64,000 nucleotides of DNA. It comes from Trichosphaerium sp. ATCC 40318. Taxonomy: Eukaryota > Protista > Tubulinea. The position numbers and the translations under genes are program-made. The notes under the pieces are model-generated. The model made no database searches and was not told where the DNA came from. It saw only the letters and a program-made list of their open reading frames with translations. The stretch spans positions 62,001-126,000 of the forward strand of contig JALMLS010000471.1 of the NCBI GenBank assembly GCA_038496445.1, written 5' to 3'. This document shows, one piece after another, positions 1 to 13,891 of the stretch; position 1 is the stretch's first letter, and the number at the start of each line of letters is the position of its first letter.

Positions 1-619
1 TTGTCACTGCACTGTATTTTGATAACAGCGGCCAATTAAAATACACTTCATTATCTAATTCCATCACAATGAGATGTAGTTCCAGTGGAAGGTGTAATAC
101 GGTGTAAGTATAACGTTTTGGCATAGATTGCTAATAATTTTTAACTTTTTTTGTTTATTTCGAGTTCAAACGAGGATACCTTCTGGTTTGTTGCCATTTT
201 CTGCTCTTTTCGTTGACAACCACAAATATGGAATGAGGTTGACTGAAATAAACACGTGACATCCAACGAACGCAAGTGAACCTAGATATAAGGAAACTGG
301 TATTGCCGACCTACATATTGATACGCACTTTTGTTTTCAGAAATAGAAGGCGTAGAAAAGACTATTTTATTTGTGTACAAAGTATTACGCTGAGTCTTTT
401 TTTTTGTGTGAAAAAAAAACAGGTTTATTTCCAGTAGTGATACTAAACATAACCACTTGCAATCACGTGTACTTGATCTGTCGAATGAGGATTTTGTACC
501 ACTGTTGGGATACGAACGAACGAATCACCGTGCGTCATAGCACGGTTTCGAGCTTGAATTTGAGGGATAACAGGCTGTGCTACGCTACTTTTAACTAAAA
601 CTATTATTTTTATCGATGA

Positions 620-1153
620 CTAAAAAAACGTACTTGGTCGGAAACTATACTGAGTCCAAGAACCGACACGCTTTGTATCTCTTGCAACCCAACCGTTACG
701 TTGCATAGATTGTTGGTTTTTTGGAGCTGCGTATACTAGCGCTCCTGGCGGTACAGAAGGTTTAATTTGTTGTACAGGTATCATCTGTTGAGAGCTTTGA
801 TGCATCGAATGAGAAGATGTTTTGTTGCGTTCTAAGAAAAGCTGTTGCTGAAGCATAGAATTTTCATGATACGTCTTAGCGAAAAGAGCTTCTAATCGTG
901 TTATATAACGCAAAGAAGCATCTAGGACTTTCGTCCTATTCGTTGCTTTATCACGTTCGTCAGGAGGCAAAATATTAAACAGCTTATTCAATCTAAGATT
1001 GAATTCATCTCTTCTTTTCTTCTCGCAGCTATTTAATAGCTTTTGTTCTTGTACTGTTCTGTCCCGTGATACGCTCCGGTGGCGCTTAGTACCTCTTTTT
1101 TTCTTGCTTGAAGGTGCGCATTGCGCTCTAGGGTATTGTTCGGGATAGTACAT
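620..1153 (-). CDS. bHLH(-ZIP) transcription factor, intronless
   Basis: 177-aa ORF with basic-helix-loop-helix pattern LNSCEKKRRDEFNLRLNKLFNILP...TNRTKVLDASLRYITRLE, then a zipper-like helix and a Gln-rich tail. Confidence 0.85.
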   Translation of the reverse strand: MYYPEQYPRAQCAPSSKKKRGTKRHRSVSRDRTVQEQKLLNSCEKKRRDEFNLRLNKLFNILPPDERDKATNRTKVLDASLRYITRLEALFAKTYHENSMLQQQLFLERNKTSSHSMHQSSQQMIPVQQIKPSVPPGALVYAAPKNQQSMQRNGWVARDTKRVGSWTQYSFRPSTFF

Positions 1154-1649
1154 GTGTTACACGCACGTGTGGGGACTGGTATGTTCGTTTGGGAATTCAA
1201 AAAAGGAATCAGACTGCTGTTGACCAGTAGAGATTGATAGGAGTTTCGTAGTTTCGGTTTTGAATTGCTTCTTGTTGTGCTTTATTCTTATATGTGTTAG
1301 AGGAGGTATTATAAAAGAGCTGGCTGAAACTAGTATTTTCAAGACAAAATGCTTTAATTGGCGGTGTATAGAGCAGTGAGGTTGTTATTTCTGCTGGAAA
1401 CCATCTTTCCTGTTTAGAACCACGTGGAGGGAAGTCCGGAAAACGTGTTGCAATCGTTAAAATTCTAGAATAAGCTTTTCTCCCTGACTCCGAAAGTAAT
1501 GCGTTACAAAGGGAAGGCAAAACAAGAGTAAACTACAGAAGTGCATATCAATCTACAACTTTGCGAATTTAAAACTACTTGGCTTCAAAAACGAGTACTC
1601 AATCAGATGGATAATAAATTGTAGAGCAAGCATGAAAGGATGTAGGTTC

Positions 1650-4200
1650 ACTTATAAGTATGATACGCTATAAACAAACAATATATTTCTTTCTTAGAAT
1701 AATGGTGCTGTAGGTATTACAGTGCTGTTATTGAAAGCATCATTGTTGGCGTCATTCTCAGCATGCTTTGCCACCACAAACTTTTGTACAATAAATATAA
1801 CTACTGAAGCTAATAAATACCCAGCTCTTAGTAGTCGAGGTCTTGTCAGTGTTACACCAAACACAAGAAAACCTTTTCAACATTAAAAGTTAGAATAAAA
1901 AAAGCAATAACAACTGGCCTTGCAATACGTACCTACTCGTCCAGAGTTGAGCCATGTCATAATATAGTTTCTTAAATGATTCAAGTCTTCTGCGTTCATC
2001 CTTTCTATTTGCTTTTCAGGATCTCTGCAATATGGAAAAAGACATACTATTAAAACAAACACTTAGCATTTGATCTCAAATTACACTAACACGTACAAGA
2101 TTTATCATAACTTTCTGTCTTTTCATGAATAGAACTTATTGACGCCATGACACCATACAACGCTTGAGTTACACCTGAAGCCTTGCTGAGGAATGTGTTA
2201 GCATATTAAAAAAGTACAATGGGATACGTACTACAAAACGTATAGGATTGGCAAAGCAAAAATTCCTGCGAATGCAAAAACACGCCATAATGAAGGACGA
2301 TCCTTAGGCTCCAGAATGACAACAAATTGGTAAAATGCTGATAGAAACCCCATTGTCCATAGGAAGCAAATGCCAGTAATGTACGTCTGGAACTTGCCAG
2401 TAGCATCTAAGATCTTTATCAAAATAACAATTTTATGTTTTTAAAATATCCAGATAGAAAAAAATTCGCTTACATTCTATCCTGTGACACATGCTTATGT
2501 GATTGTTTATTGCTTCTCTTATATTAAAGTGTCCTCTGAGTAGTCCTTTTTTAAAAAAAGTATTAGCTAACCTCAGTTTTAGACTCAGTAAAATAGTAAA
2601 ATTAACACCAAAAGAATGACTTGATTGTTGTTTTTTAATACACTCGTTCACTCAAAAAAGGCTCTGCTTTAACGAAAGTATACTTATGGTTGTAGTATAA
2701 TATATCTAAAACAATATCTTGGACAAACAAACGATTGTATGCTTACTACAAGCCAAAACAATTTGATATTGACAAAAAAAAATTTGCTTTTGAAAAGTAC
2801 TGTTTGTAGAAAGAGTTGTTTTTACATATACCTTTTTTATACTGCTCAATCGCAGTTTCATGCATTGTACAAAATACACCAAAATATAATGTGAGGCCAA
2901 ACGTTGCACAAAACTGTACGTAAAACCTGCAAAAAGCAATATTAAAATTCTTGGTTTCAAAATGGTCTAATTCTTGTTTCACGCACGTGATTGCTGTAAA
3001 AACAACATCGACAATCATCCAAACATTACCAACTTGTTTTGAGATGTCATTAAAAACAAATACTACTCCAACAGTAAGGAAAAGGTTTCAAAACAAAGGA
3101 AACAACTTTGAAGTTGTTCTTCGTGTTGTAGACTTTATATTATGTACCTGTCACTAAATTGGATACTACGAATACTGTGCAACATCCAAGAGGGAGTACA
3201 ATTGTTAGAATGAATACAGTCCGTGAGTACTTTACAACACACTTCATACTTTCTTTGTAATCAAAGTATATACGAACTAGATTATGTGTAAATATTTTGT
3301 TGTTTTTTCGATGCAAAAAACAAAGGTTCAACCGTGCCTGCGTGGTCCCGAATATAGTTATCTTTTCGGAATATAAAGTGCGTAAGTATGAATGATACTA
3401 CCGCCAACGAAGAAAAACAAAGCCCAGTTAGACTTAACAGGATACTATTTCCACTCAGAGTAGTCTCATACATACTACCAATAGCTGTCAGATATCTTTG
3501 CTATTTAGAGACAAACAGCTCGGAAGACGCACGTGGGAATGAGGCAAGGGTGTTTGAAAAAGGCATTGCATACAATCTGGATACTCCAACCAACTAACAC
3601 ACGGTAAGAGTTGTGACACGAGAGGCGTAAAAAACGGTTCTCTGAAAATAATTTACAAAAAGTTAAAATACGCACTTGCTGTCCATATTGTGAACAGGAA
3701 TATAGGTACAATATAAACATACTTATAAAACCAACCAGAATTACTAGTCGGAACGCCTAAAAACCGCAGTAACCACCAAAAGTATTTATTCTCCCCTATA
3801 CACTCTACACATAATAAATCTGGATCCTACAGCGTATAAATGAGTATTATAGTTCAAATGCAACAAATAAGTGAATTTATCCATTCGTACACAACCAGAA
3901 GTTACATCCAACAAGCTTTTACCCTCATCAGCTTGCAACATGGGCGTAACTGGTGCACTAACGAATCTCGTATTAACAAAAAATAACATTGAATTCGTGC
4001 TTGAAAAACATTGAAATGTAAGGCAATCACAAGTCTCAAAATAACGCTTTCTAGCTCACTACGCAATCACAACCAGAGACAGGACCTAAGACAACCCCAA
4101 CGTAGAACAAAAAGGCTCAAGTGCAAACAAAAAAGGGACAAAAAATAAAAACCAACGCTACTTCAAAAAACCTGCCTATGGTAATCCATACAATGCCATA
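1650..4200 (-). CDS. Multi-exon multi-pass membrane protein (possibly GPCR-like; may be more than one gene)
   Basis: A series of short hydrophobic minus-strand ORFs (e.g. SILLSLTGLCFSSLAVVSFILTHFIF, RTVFILTIVLPLGCCTVFVV, YITGICFLWTMGFLSAFYQF) separated by intron-like segments. Boundaries are approximate and the exon structure is unresolved. Confidence 0.4.
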
Positions 4201-4384
4201 ACATATTCCAAGCGCTTCCACGCTCTTTTACAACTGGTTAGGCGAAATGTAATTTGTGTCAAATGACTTTGACGGTTAGTTAATTTTTACACGTTACCTA
4301 CACGTAGAACGGAGTGTATCGCCTGAACTAGAAACCAACTACGTTTTTTTTTGAGAGAATTTTTGTTTTTTATTACACAGGCAT

Positions 4385-5074
4385 TTACTTGAGAGGGACG
4401 AATCTGGAAGAGTGGGTAGCACCGATACCAGGGCGACCTGATGTTAAATGAGCAACAAAGAATGAAATTCAAAAAACAAAAAAAAAGGCGCTTAATTCTT
4501 CGATTTTGTGCTCGTTTGCGCGTATTAACGCCGCTGGCATGTTTTTTGCGCATATAAACGCTTTCAAACGGAAATTAGAGTTTTTTTATCGTACCATGCT
4601 TTACTGGTCTGTAGGTGATGGAGAACTCGCCGAGGTAGTGACCGACCATATCTCCCTACGATATTAATTCATAAATTATTCTCAACTCCAAACGAGCTTA
4701 CCTTTATTTCTACGGTTGTAAATGCTTTACCATTGTACACTCCGACAACAGCGCCGATCATTTCAGGCACTACAATCATGTCGCGAAGATGAGTACGAAC
4801 AGTCTCTGGTTTCTCTCCAGCGGCTGCCTTTTTCTTTGCTTTGCGTAGCTTCTTGATAAGGCTTACGTCCTTTGGGTGGAGACCGCGTTTGAGCTTCCTT
4901 CTGGCGCGAGCAGGCAACAAATCTCTCAATTCTTCATTATTGAGTTTTAACAATTTCTCGAGGTCTACTCCTCTGTAGGTAAACTTTTTGCGTGCTTTTC
5001 TCTTTCCCTGTTATATCGCTTTTAGAAAATTGAATCATCGCGTATAGTGCTATTAGTTGTACCAAATTGGACAT
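4385..5074 (-). CDS. RPS15: 40S ribosomal protein S15 (uS19), 4 exons
   Basis: Spliced product MSNL|[20 protein letters not shown]...[33 protein letters not shown]|[20 protein letters not shown]|[17 protein letters not shown], with three GT-AG introns. Confidence 0.97.
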
Positions 5075-5221
5075 CTTCTTGTGCTGGATACTCTAAACGA
5101 AAGTTGTGAGATAGAATAGCGTTGACGTGGCTTTTTTTTTGTGCCGTGGCGAAAATCTTCACTGATATTTCTACGCTAAAACGCAGACTGAAATACGCAT
5201 TGTAATCTAGTTGTCTGGGCG

Positions 5222-7512
5222 ATGTCACAAACTACGGCATCTGTACCTAAAGTGTCTCAAGATTTAGTAAAACCAAATACTTCTATTATCCCGTTTCTCG
5301 CCAAGGATAATGGTACGGTTACAGTGTGGTTACGGACCATTAAAACGGTTTAGATAATGACGAAGTACAACACATTTTGTTCAATACAGTGCTGGATCTC
5401 TTAGCACTTGACTACGATTCGTTTTGGAGCGCTATGACTTACGATAAAAATGTTGTTTTGTTTATCGACTCATACCTTCGATTTTGTTCGTTCTCACCTT
5501 CACGCGATCAAGTACCTGATGGCATCAAAGCAAAACTTCACAGGCGCGTCTTTCAATTAGTCATGCGCACAGCCACCTTAAAAGAGCGAGGAACTATGGA
5601 CGTCGCGTGGTGGAATAAGACCTGCGCTCCTTTATTCCATTTTGCGCACGTATTAGATTTAGCACGTTTATTTGGCCCGTTCAGCCCAACACTCGTTTCA
5701 AAGCTCGTAAATGTCCTTATAAAGCAAAAGCAAGGTATGAAACAATCTATTGGCGCATCTCTAGACGCTGTAGCAAAGCTACTAAGCAACTTGGCAAATA
5801 TGCTCAAAAAAGGAATCACATCGACTGCTTCAAACTTTGCGGATGGATTAGTACCTATTCTAGCGTATATACTTGATGTCTACAAAAACTTGGACACACT
5901 GCTACAGCTGGATGCTTCTCTAACGAAAGTCCTTCGTGGTACTAAGAAACCGTTCTATTGGCTCAATATGTTCTGTAAGACGGTATCAGCGTTAGTTTCT
6001 GGCTATGAAAAATTAATGAGTACACCTGCGCTATCTTCAAGCACCAGTGACGCTATGAACATGGCTGCGCGAATGACACATAATATGTTGACATTTGCGT
6101 TGAAATGTAACGTAAAAAGCGAAAAAGCATTTATTGATGGATTTACGAGTATGTTGAAGCGTGCTGATACTTCTTTTGACTCATGGATTGCGTTTGTTTC
6201 TTATGCTGTTATGGCATACCCTATAAATCTCGATGAATCAGTGGAGTCACATCCAGTGTATCCTTAACCTTTTTAATGGCGTTTTAGATAATTTGTTCAC
6301 CTTTTTTTTTCATTTGTTGATACTTGTCCTTGACGTTGTAGTAATGCGTACTTGAAGTCTAAGATGACGTCAGATGGAGGATCTATGGATCAATTTGGTG
6401 TTACAGCCGAGTTGGTTTCTCAAGTTTTGGGCGTGTTTGAGGATATGTCACAAGGCTATGCGTTTCTTCTATTGGTAGCATTTCAAAACAAACCAGAAGA
6501 TGCTGTTGGTGGCGTCCTAGAAGGAGCTTTGCCTACAGCATTAAAGGATGTGTCACGGTCCATAGGAGAGGTTGAAGCGCTACAAGTAGCAGCACAACAT
6601 TTCAGTGATCGTACGCACTTTATTTGTTGTTTAGTGTTTTAATGTGCTTTTAGGCAAGCCTAAGAAGGTTAGAGTATCTAAAGCTAGTTCTAGTAATGTA
6701 TGGAGTGGAAAGAAACCTGTAGAGAGGTACGCGTAGCTGGGTTAATTAAGTGAATGTTCTGGCTGACTTATTCTTTTTTTTAGCACATCCCAAATTCTAA
6801 ACCAGAGCCAAGACGTTTCTGACCTTACTGTGCGTGCTTATGAAGCTCAAATCAAGCGTGAAGAAGAAGAGGAAGAAGAACGTGAACGAACGGGTAATGT
6901 TATCAATTTTGATCAATATGACGATGAGTACGATGACTCTTATGATGCTTATCAGGTAAGAATGCTTTTTCAACTTAGTGGATTTTTTTCGTTAATTGTC
7001 AACTTACATACTTTTAGGCGTTTGCATTACGTGATAGCGGGTACTTGGAAGACGATCAAGATCCTTCAACACGTCAACAAGAGAAAATAAGCGACCTGGT
7101 CGCCAATGCTAAAAAACTTGCGGAGAAAAAATCAAACCAACCAAAATCTACTGCTGCGAGAAATGACAATAAAAAGACGAGTAACAACGATAAGGGTCGA
7201 TCGAATAATCAAAAAGGAGGGTCTTCTTCTTCTTCAAGGGGAAGAGGACGTGGACGAGGTCAGAGAGGACGTGGCAGAGGTAGAGGAAGTTATAATAACA
7301 CTGGAAGCAAATCCGAGTTTTCTGGTGTTGGTCGTGGGTCTGGTTCACCTAGCACTTCAACTACTAGTTCTGATAGAGGAGGTTTTGATTCTGGAAGAGG
7401 TCGTGGTACAAGTGGAAGAGGTGGTAACCGTGCTGGTTATTACAAAGCAAAGAAGCATCACGCGAAAAATAACAGACTTAAGAAACAGCAGAAAATGTCT
7501 GGACTCAAATAA
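5222..7512 (+). CDS. ASCC2: Activating signal cointegrator 1 complex subunit 2-like (CUE domain)
   Basis: N-terminal FWS..YD...FIDSYLRF and LHRRVF..VMR segment, CUE-like region (LVSQVLGVFEDMSQGY...PEDAVGGVLEGALP), YDDEYDDSYD motif and RGG/basic tail. The ATG at 5222 joins through a short intron. Confidence 0.85.
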
Positions 7513-7903
7513 AGTATCAAATGTTGTTTCTTTATCTTCATATCAATTTTATTTTTTGATATTTTTATAGTCTTGTTTTATTCTTATGGTTTAGACCGAC
7601 AATATCTTTAAATCATTTGTACAGTATCGCTTATATAATACAAAGAACCTGCTAAATAATAACCCAATTGCAAGTACTCACGAGTAAGGTACAGAATAAA
7701 CTCCAATCATCATAAAATTCGTAGACAGCGAAAAAGTCAAATACAGTCTTTCGATTCAACTCACTATGAACCTTATTTATCACTGGTTTCTGCTGTTATC
7801 ATCACAAAATATTGCTGTTCTTTTTCGTCAATTATTTTTTTTTGTGTAGAAACTGATTCAGTTGGTATAGCAGGTATATAAATTTACTTTATTTTTGAAC
7901 TTG

Positions 7904-8586
7904 TCAGTAGTATCTTTTGTTCATTATAACTTTCTTTTTTGATGGTACTATCAACCCTCTTAGTGTTCCATCCCCAGGTTCCAACACAGATTTATATATC
8001 ACGTGCTTATTACATTTACTAAACGGATTTTCTTCCGTCTCAGCTTGGCTTGAACTGACTTTATCACTGAACCTGAACTCATCCTGTCTTATTTGCTTCA
8101 CATGTGCTCGCACAACCCACTTCTTCTTTTTCTTTGACAATCTCCATGTTCCTATTTTTTTGATTGATCAGTAACACCCTTGACAAAGACCTGGATCTGG
8201 TGCGTACCTCTTGTGGTTGTAGAACGACGGCAGGTGTAATTTTCATACTCAAAGGTTCCGTCAAGTTGAAGAGTTATGTGGAAAGTTTCGTTTGGTTTTT
8301 CTGGTGAAATACGAGATTCATCTTTTGATGGGATATTTATCTCCGTGAGGAAGTGAATAGGCTCTGAGGTGTTTTTATGACAGAACATAGAAGCATAGTG
8401 CACGTAAGAGCGAAACCAACTCTTCGGTGTCGTGTTTAGCATAATAGGCCATAATTTTAATACTTTACGCATATCATTGCTTGTAGCAACTGTATTCCAT
8501 TGTTTATTGACAACCGAAGCTGTTTGAAGGTGTTTTGGTTCTAAACAAATGAAAACTGATATCAGACTGTCGTGATCAAGTGCCAT
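7904..8586 (-). CDS. F-box protein, 2 exons
   Basis: N-terminal F-box LDHDSLISVFICLEPKHLQTASVVNKQWNTVA. A phase-1 intron (gtacgc...aatag) joins to GTWRLSKKKKKWVVRAH... Confidence 0.75.
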
Positions 8587-8908
8587 GGTGTAACAGTCGT
8601 AAATTACAAAGAGTTGACTCTGTTTATAAACGGTCTTTGTGTTTATGGTTAAACTATTTTCTCTGAAGGACCTTGTAAAAGGAAGTTGTAGCTTCTCTAA
8701 AAGGCGGTCAAGATCACTTCCTTACACTTGCTTGAAGTGTCAGTCTTAGTGCAACTCCGATGTGGAGCATAGTGGTTATCCTAAAGATGAAAAGTAGTGA
8801 GGAGAAGGCTACGAAACTCGCACGTGATTTCAATGTTCAAACTTAAAAAAAATCTGGATAAATAATTATAATTTATGAACCAAAATGAGGGGTGCGTTTT
8901 AATCGTTT

Positions 8909-11900
8909 TCACATTAAGTTAGATCCAGCACGTTCAAGTAAATTTTGTGCTTTACGCTTCCTTGGGCTGTTATCATTTACCACAATAGTACTTGCGGAAT
9001 TACTTCTAACAAGCATAGGCCTCTTTTTCCTTCTTTTAATCTTAATCGCTTTTCTCTTTCTTTTTTTTGGTTTTTCTGCTTCGCTATTGTCCTCATCCTT
9101 GTCCTCATCCTCGTCCTCTTCTTTTTCGTTTTCATTGCTATCAATGTCCATCTCTGATGATCCTTCAGTTTTTCCATTACGTTTTATAATTATGGTATCA
9201 CCTATTGAAGAGAGTGAGTTACAAAAACTAAGTTGAAAGATTTTTTTGTGATGTAAATACTTACTTTCTTTGAGAAGCTCTTCATAGTTATCATACTCTA
9301 CACTATCACTGATAATAAATCTCACAACGGATACATTATCATTCTGTCCCATACGATACTAAAAGAGGTATGACATTAGTGAGGTGTCTGCGTTGTTATT
9401 CCAGGAACAAATGTTTTTTTTGATTGTTTTGAAAGTGGTGTAAGAGTCACGTACAGCTCTTCCGATTGCTTGTTGTTCAACGGCTTTAATCTCGCTCAGT
9501 GTACCAAAAACAGCGTCTATGAATATAACATATTTTGCAGACATGAGATTTGTTCCAGAAGCTGATTTTTCAAGGCTAAGTAGAATAACCTTTACGTCTG
9601 AATCTTTTTTCTTAAAAGCATCGATTGCCTTATTGCGGGAAATTACAGTACTAGAAAAAAATAGAAAGTTAACTAGACAAGCAACAAAAAGAAGAAATCC
9701 AAAACCAAAAAAAAAACACGTGTTGAGAAGAAATAGTCCAAAAATAGAACAAACTATCTTTTTTGGATTTTTTGTGGATGAACACGTGAAAGTATCAAAC
9801 AAAACAGGACAAAAGTCAACTATCTTTGAGGTTGAGGTATGAAAAACATTGTCTACTCTTTTAATCATGCCAACATTGGAGTATAAGCATCCCCGAAATC
9901 AAAAAAAAAAAGAAGATTCATTTTTATTTACGACTAAAAGAAACCAGACTTACCCAGAAACCATTGTACTTCTAATACCATAAGAATTTAGAATCTTTTT
10001 AAATCTTAGCAATACATCTGTCCACTGTGTGTAAAAAAATTATTAGCTTGACACGTGTTGATTAATTTTGAAAATGACAGGCTGGAGGGTATACCTGGGA
10101 GAATATTATAACACGCTCTGAAGGCTGCTTTATCCACAAATCTTGTAAAAATCCAATCATTGATCCTGACATGATATTTATTAGTAAGTGCAAATACTAT
10201 GCAACGAAGGAGAAAGAAATCAGGCTGACAATTGAAATAGGAATGGAAAACTGGCAACAAGATGTTGAAGAGAAAAAACCCAATTGGGTACGGAGACTAG
10301 TGAAAGAGATGGTTGAACTTTTGGTAAACGCACCAATCTTTGTGCCGTAACACAACTTTAATTCCTCTTTATTCAAGTCATGGTAATGTTCTGGTTGTAT
10401 ACCATTCTCCATTTGATTATGCTCTTCACTGAGAACGGTTCCCACTCTATTAAGTTAAAAATCTTTTTTTGATGATTGAAGACTGTACCTCCTGCGTAGA
10501 ACACCCTTAGTCCCTGTTGTGGCCATCCTGCGTTTCTTTAGTATATCTCTCATCTTATCTTCACTGATGAGTGGTATGTCATCTTTTGGGACACATTTAT
10601 AACCAGGTATGATGGCTTTTGTCTGTTAAACTTTTTTTTAGTTTTTTTGAAATAGTTTTTTTTGGTAACTAGTAAAGTCTTTAGTACCTTTAGGAATTCC
10701 ATGTCTATTTCGTGAGATAAATAGTTCTTTAACCATTCTCTACTTTCCTTAAGCTCATTTTGCCACGGGGGTATATCTGCCTGACAGTTGGTGATTGTTC
10801 TTTGAAGTGAAGTTATTCTCCAATTAGATAAATTCATAGTAGGATCATTTAGAGTATTGTTTGCATGTGCTATTCTCCTTTGAGCACCCGCTATATAATC
10901 TTCTAGTCTGCTTATGTTTGACTAATAAAAAAGATTATTTTCATAAATAAATAGGTTATTGGGGTGTACAGTGTAATGATCAACTTTTCTTTGTTTGATG
11001 TTTAAAATTGAATTTAATCCTTCCCTATTCATAGTACACATTTCGCGTTTAGACTCTACAAGAGTCGATTAAAGACTATAAACTACAATAATTTACGCTT
11101 CAGTGGTTTTTTTTTCAAATCACGTGCGCACTGGCTGAAAATGGAATGCAAAGATTTCAAGCTGGCTTTGAAATAAAAAAAAAACCCAACAATTGGCGCC
11201 ATGTCATTGTATTGGTCATTAAAGAAAGTCGCTATTTTGCCTTGCTTGGCAACGTACTAGAATTTGTAGTTGGTTCTGAATAGTATAGTCTTTCAATTGG
11301 ATGGAATGTGAGTAAGTCAACTATTTCTGAGTACTCTGGAATATCCAGTTCATTTTTTGCGCTTTGCTTTGTGTTACGCCTAAAGAAACACCCACAAGTA
11401 AGTCACTGGAATAGAATAGTACTCATAATTGAACTTACCAGTAAAGATTAGATATGAGTAAGTCAGCAACAACCCAGCTAAAGTATGTTAAGTGACAAAG
11501 TTGACGAAACTGGAGGCAAAGATAAAAAAAAAAGACTCACTTGTAATAGGCTTCATCAATTGCTGATGACTTTGTCCCGCTCAAATAGATTTTGAACTCT
11601 GGGTCAGACGATTCAGCTCTCAGGAATCTCATTATACCACTGACAGTCAGCCTAAGTGAACAAGTCAGTAAAATTGTCATCAACATCAAAAAAAAGAGAA
11701 TTTTTTTGTTAAGTTAACTTACCAGTTTGGAAAAGGTGTTCCGCTAACTATCCATCTTGCTCTTCCTTCGAATGAACATAGCTCTTCAGGATAAAAATGT
11801 GTTTTTTTCTCACAAAGGACTTCATGTCCTTCATCAAGTATGATACGATGCCAATAAAAATTATTCAAAACAAATGGGAAACAACCTCCTTTATCCTCAC

Positions 11901-13891
11901 GTTCATTTGCTTCCTAATAAATCACGTGAGAATTAAAAAACTCAATATTGTTTTTAAACGAGAGGTCTTTTGTCCTGTATTCTATGGTCTCTTACCTTTC
12001 TCATGAGGCTTAATTTTTTAGGTCTGTCAAGCATTTGACGTTTAGTAAGCATTTTTGCTCTTTTCTTAACAAAAGGTTTCTTCTTTGCAATACAATTTGC
12101 GACACTTGTCATGCCAGTATTTATGTAGTTAGGATTACGTAGTAAGGGATATGATATAATGACAGCATCTAAAAAAGTATAAACAAAGGGGTAATCCAAA
12201 AGTTTAAAAACAGGCAGTTCAAGATGACTTCAAATCCGAATAAAAAATATTGCTTTCTCTTTTACCCAGACATTCCTGAGATAAAATATATGACTTGTTT
12301 GGATTGAAAAAGGAAACGAGAGTATTTGAGTGATGTTTAATTGGTATTTGAACGATGTTTGAACTGTAAGAAATAGAAGAAAAAAAACCTGAAGACTTTT
12401 TTTTTACCTGCATCTAAAACGTCTTGTTGAGTGTAACTCTTGTATTGCGCAGCGGTAGTCACAAGCACAATTTTCAATGCATTTTCTTCCTTAACATGTG
12501 CAGTAAATTCTTCATACCATTGCTTAGATAAATGACTTGGTGTTATAATAAGAGTTGCTTTTGTTTTCCAAAGAGGTTCCAATGTTTCATCTTCAAGTTT
12601 GTAAGTAGGATCTTCATACTTAGCCGGTTTTGATAGTATTAATCCCAAGACTAGCGAATAACAAGTTTAGTTTCTTTTGCTTTATTACAATCTATGTACC
12701 TTCTATTGTTTTACCAAGACCAACTTCATCAGCTAGAACGCCACCTAATATCCGTATGTTAAGAGCAAAAAAGTTATTCGTCATTTATTTTGGTTTTACT
12801 TTTTTGGGGTACCTTTAAACGATGCTTTGAATGTCTTTTCTGGTGTTATATCAGAAGGAACAAATTTCTTCTGTTCTAGGTCATAGAATGCATTTAATCT
12901 AATCCTAGACCAATGTGCAAGGGTGCTATAAGGAAATTCTAATGACAGTGAGAAAGCGTTCAACCAAATTGACAAGAGTGAGAAAACCGTTAAACCCGTC
13001 ATGGTTCTTACCTCTATCCAAATTATCTTCAACACGTGTCATCCATGTGACAGCCTCGCGTTGGTATTTATATAATTTTAGTTTCAATGCATCTGGTTGC
13101 TCTACAGTTCTAGAGATGACCTAAAAATTGTTTGCTTGTGTTTTTTGGCGAAAGCAATAAACAAAACTATTGTACCATTGGTAAGTATGAGTCCTTGTAT
13201 TCTACAACATATCTGCGTCCCAGGTGACTTTCTAAATCCTCTCGAAGGCATTTATCCAGTAATTTATAAAGATATTCTGGTATCACGTGTTCATCATAAA
13301 TCATATTTTCCAAACTTCAAAAAAAAATAAGAAAAAAGTGAGTATTTAAAAAAGAACTCTGAGAACAAGAGTCACCATGTTGATTTTAAAAAAAAACCCA
13401 GGTGTGTCATAATTTGATATTAAGTAGGCTTTCAAGCTATGTAATGGTAGTATTAAGCGTCATTAAATTGAGTCCACATCAATTGATGATAAAAGTCTTT
13501 TTGGAATTTTTTTTCAAATTGCAGTCCAAACGAAGTTGACGACAAGGACTTTGTTGTAAAGCAAATAAAATGTAACAAAATGTACGTACACATTCCTGTT
13601 TATATAAAACATAATATCTACGTCTGATTCATCATATATATTATCCTCATCATCCTTATTTATACGCTTACTGATAGAATGACTAAAAAGTCTTGGATGT
13701 TTCAACATTGCATCAATAATATCTTTTGCAATAATTTCTATCCAGTTAATCTTTTCTATTTCTAACATACTCTCCCCCTTGTCATTTTTGATACAATAGG
13801 TGTCCCGATAGTAACGGGAAGTCGCCTTTCTTAAAACGAAAGTAGTTTTATGTGTTAATAGGTATTCCTTGCTTTTTTCGCTTGTTGGCAT
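8909..13891 (-). CDS. SNF2-family (Rad5/16-like) ATPase with an internal SAP domain
   Basis: Motifs across exons: LYKYQREAVTWM, GGVLADEVGLGKT, KATLIITPSHLSKQW, LDEGHE, RWIVSGTP, YGTKIG, RVIIFSQW, LLSLEKSASGTNL, EQQAIGRAYRMGQ. Confidence 0.9.

Noticed and set aside
4440-4595. Possible snoRNA in the longest RPS15 intron
   Set aside because: No clear C/D boxes or H/ACA double hairpin could be identified.
10006-10837. Apparent frameshifts and stops suggesting the SNF2 gene is a pseudogene
   Set aside because: Canonical GT-AG introns restore the frame through the SAP-like segment, YGTKIG, RVIIFSQW and the helicase C motifs.
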